Shown here one piece after another: positions 60,975 to 64,000 of a stretch of DNA of 64,000 bases (position 1 is its first letter; every line of letters begins with the position of its first letter). A program made the position numbers and the translations under genes. The notes below the pieces were generated by a model that was not told the origin of the DNA, did not search any database, and worked only from the letters and a program-made list of their open reading frames with translations. The stretch is from Oikopleura dioica (Eukaryota; Animalia; Chordata). The stretch covers positions 5,580,001-5,644,000 of the forward strand of contig OU015568.1 in the NCBI GenBank assembly GCA_907165135.1, in the 5' to 3' direction.

Positions 60975-62117
60975 ATGTCGCTTGCTGGATCGATTTTCGC
61001 CGAGCGACAAGGCAAAGCAAATGTAAGTTGAGAAAACAAGAAAAGTTATGACAAGGAGTTTTTATGCAATTTAAGGACTTTATGCTTGATGAAATGCACC
61101 GCCGAAGGGTTGAGAAGGATATTGCTGATCTGAAGAAACTCATCGGTAACTTAAAGAATCTGATACAGGGTGTAAGAGAGCATGATCGAAAATGGAAGTG
61201 ACTTTCTCGATTAGGGTTTTGATTGGCCGGTAGGCAAAATACAGCAATCTTATTGGTAATCCAGAAAAATGCACAATCGTTTTTTGATTTAATCAGTCAA
61301 AAAGAGTTAAAATAAGAAGCCGCGGAGCGGCTTTTTTTCAGAAACGAAGCCGCAAAGCGGCTTCGCCATAATATATCATCTTAACCTAAAATTTGATTTT
61401 TACAAAGCCGTTTCGCGACTTTGTAATTGAAAAAGCCGCTACGCGGCTTTTTATTTTGGAATTTTTGAATTGAAGTTTGAGGATAGGATTTCGAATCATA
61501 TTTTAAAAATATAAATTGTAGATCAACATTTCGAGCAGCGAAAAAAAGACGAAGAAGATTTGGAAGGTTTGAGAAAGCGGATCGAAAATCGCAAAATCGT
61601 TCGAGAGGAGCAAATCGAAGCTCGAAACAAAAACTCAAAGCTCGGGAAGCTCAGCTCGCGCTAGAAAAGGAGAAGCGAGAAGCGATCGAGAATCGAAGAA
61701 AGCAGGAAGAAGAGGAGAGGAAAAAAGCGACGATGGCGGCGATTCAGTACGCTACTTCCAATCCCAAAAAGCGGCTTCAGAAGGTTTCTGCCGATTTTGA
61801 AATTTTTGTTTTTGAAGTTTTTTTTTGACTAGAAAGGAGGAAACAAGCAGGAAAAGAAAAAAGTGCTCGCTGCTCGGCGAAAAAACGGCAATATCGACCA
61901 CCTTTCCGGCGCCCAACTTGCCGAAAAAGCGCTAGAATTTTTCAACCACTTTTCTGAAATCAACGAAGACAAATACAACCTCGAAATTTTGCTCGAAAAA
62001 CATCAATACAACCTGAAGGTAAAGCTGATTCATCGCTTTATTTATGATTTGTAGCTTTTGCGACAACGAGTTCACGATTTGGTCGGGCGACAGAATAAAA
62101 TCAACACGCGAAAATGA
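60975..62117 (+). CDS. TNNT: Troponin T, 5 exons, with an apparent 1-nt frameshift in an A-run near 61630
   Basis: DEMHRRRVEKDIADLKKLIDQHFEQRKKDEEDLEGLRKRIENR ... KKKVLAARRKNGNIDHLS...LAEKALE...EDKYNL...QYNLKLLRQRV matches the TnT core. Confidence 0.88.
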
Positions 62118-62279
62118 TTTTTGACAAAATTTGATGAAAATAAATTTGTTATTTTGACGAATTTTAAAACTCTATTCAAGAAAACAAACGAATTCGTATT
62201 CGCATAAATCGAGCATAAACACCCTTTCTTCTAAAAATGGAGCTTTTTTTTCAACTTGTATTTTTGCTGAGAAAAAATC

Positions 62280-63430
62280 AATCAGAAGATTTCACTTCAC
62301 TCTATTCTCAAGAGGACTTAACCGTTGATCTTCCAGCTGATTGAACAACTTATTTTCCCGCTTATTCTTCCCATGATTCTTCTGCCGATATAACAATCAG
62401 CGCTAAAGACTCAGGTGAATAGGACATAACAACTTTTTCGCCAGAGGATTTCATCTCAACTTCTGAAATCATATAATATAATTTCAAAAAAATTTTTGCG
62501 GGTCCGGAAATCATAAAAAATCTGAAAGTGCAGTTTTCTTGAGCTCGTCGAGACGAGTCGAATGATGGGTCAAACTTTTGATGACTCCAATGATTAACCG
62601 GTTAGCCGGCAATTTCCCGGAAAATACATTTCCGGTCGCCGTTTTTTGTTCTAGAAATGCTAGAATGACAAAAAACGCGGGAAACTGGTCCTTGAAGTTA
62701 GTTCTTCTGTGGGTGAAAAAATGAGAATCATATCTCTAACAATAAGATGCTTATCACCAAAATTCTATTTTCTTATGAAAATGGGACCGAAAATTAGGAA
62801 GGTGCAGCAACAACGAAATACATACAAAATTTAGAATTTTTATCGTTAACAAAAGTTTCGCTATATATTTGACCAATATCTTTTTGCCCACAGTAGAACT
62901 GACCATAAGGATCAGTTTCCGGGTTCATTCATCATCCTAGCATTTCTAGAACAAAAACGGCGAGCGGAAACGTATTTTCCGGTAACAAGCCGGTTAACCG
63001 GTCAATCCTTGGAGTTATCAAGAGTTTGACCCACCATTCGACTCGTCTCAACAAGCTGAAGAAAACTGCACTTTCAGAATTTTTACGATTTTCAGACCCG
63101 CAAAAATTTTTTTGAAATTATCATATCTTCTACAATATATTCTTCTTCCGAAATGTCAACGATGACATCATTAACAAGAACAACAACTATATCGAGTCGA
63201 TGAACCACCACAAAATAAATTATTTGATTTTTTGAAATGGAGTTTGTTGAGCATTCATAACATTTTATACGAATTTTTTAAACAGTTGAAAAAAACTGGT
63301 GAAATCGTATCAATTTTACACTAAGAGATGCAGTAGTTAATAGGAGATAAAAAAATAATCGGATTCGCTACATCTGTTCCCTGATTTGCAATAATTTGAG
63401 TGGTAACATTTTCTTCGCTTGAGTCTTTTC
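62280..63430 (+). pseudogene. Degenerate Ser/Thr-rich (mucin-like) coding remnant split by a TIR element
   Basis: S/T-rich frame ...ISTSEII|SSTIYSSSEMSTMTSLTRTTT rejoins across the insertion but contains in-frame stops. Confidence 0.35.
62475..63121. mobile_element. Long-TIR (~200-bp arms) foldback-like element
   Basis: 62477-62670 is inverted at 62930-63121 with scattered mismatches; flanked by a short direct repeat catat. Confidence 0.75.
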
Positions 63431-64000
63431 AAAAGCTCCAGAAAACTAGCTAAACTAAACTAGCTCCAGTAAATTATTAGATGGTTTTCATTTCTTACGC
63501 CGCAGATTTTGGTCATCCCGCCAAGCTTTGTGCAACTTGGAAAGATGGCGATCTGAAAGAAGAAATATATTACCCATCGGCGTTTGGTTTGCGTCCTTTA
63601 AAATGCTTGGAGACCTTGACCTAAAAATTTAATCTTTTCAATCGAAAAGTATGAGCCAGAAGTATAGCCTGGAAATATGAAGATAGAGTTGTCGATAAAT
63701 ATTGCTGATGAACGAAATAAACCCTGAAAAACAAAATTTACGACAATAATTATATTTTCATAAAAGATTCTTTAAAAGATGAGATCGATAACTTATCGAC
63801 GATAAGAGAATAAAAATCAAATATAATAAATTTATAAGTATTAATTTATTAATTAATTAATACTAAATTTTAATCAAATAATTTTTTCGAAAATCAAAAA
63901 TATATTAACCTGCGTAAGAGAGCCGATCAATGACCATTTGCCGTCCATTAATCGCCAAATTTTATCTTTTGAATCCCGACCTCCAATTGTTAAAAGACTA

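Noticed and set aside
1-64000. Autonomous transposase, reverse transcriptase, tRNA, rRNA or spliced-leader RNA genes
   Set aside because: None recognisable by eye; a covariance-model or HMM search would be needed to exclude degenerate copies.

Overview
This is eukaryotic genomic DNA, most likely from a larvacean tunicate (Oikopleura-like). That is an inference from the many ~35-60 nt introns, probable GC/GA donors and oikosin-like Cys-rich secreted genes. About 20 spliced genes or gene fragments can be assembled by hand: a divergent kinase with a papain-like tail, a GNAT protein, a Zn-dependent MDR dehydrogenase, a tandem pair of type II membrane genes, ETHE1, a STAT plus a partial tandem STAT copy, an RFWD3-type RING protein, an RSRC2-like protein, a cluster of secreted proteins including a mucin-SUEL lectin, a Gla-domain protein, an EGF membrane protein and troponin T. 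Introns and intergenic DNA are crowded with non-autonomous TIR elements (MITEs) of several families, many with perfect target-site duplications (TSDs). No transposase, tRNA, rRNA or CRISPR array was seen. The most notable signal is a MITE insertion into a coding exon whose 8-bp TSD appears to supply both splice sites (GC...AG). Splicing would restore the reading frame exactly in both paralogs, i.e. a candidate transposon-made intron. All exon boundaries are manual predictions without RNA evidence.
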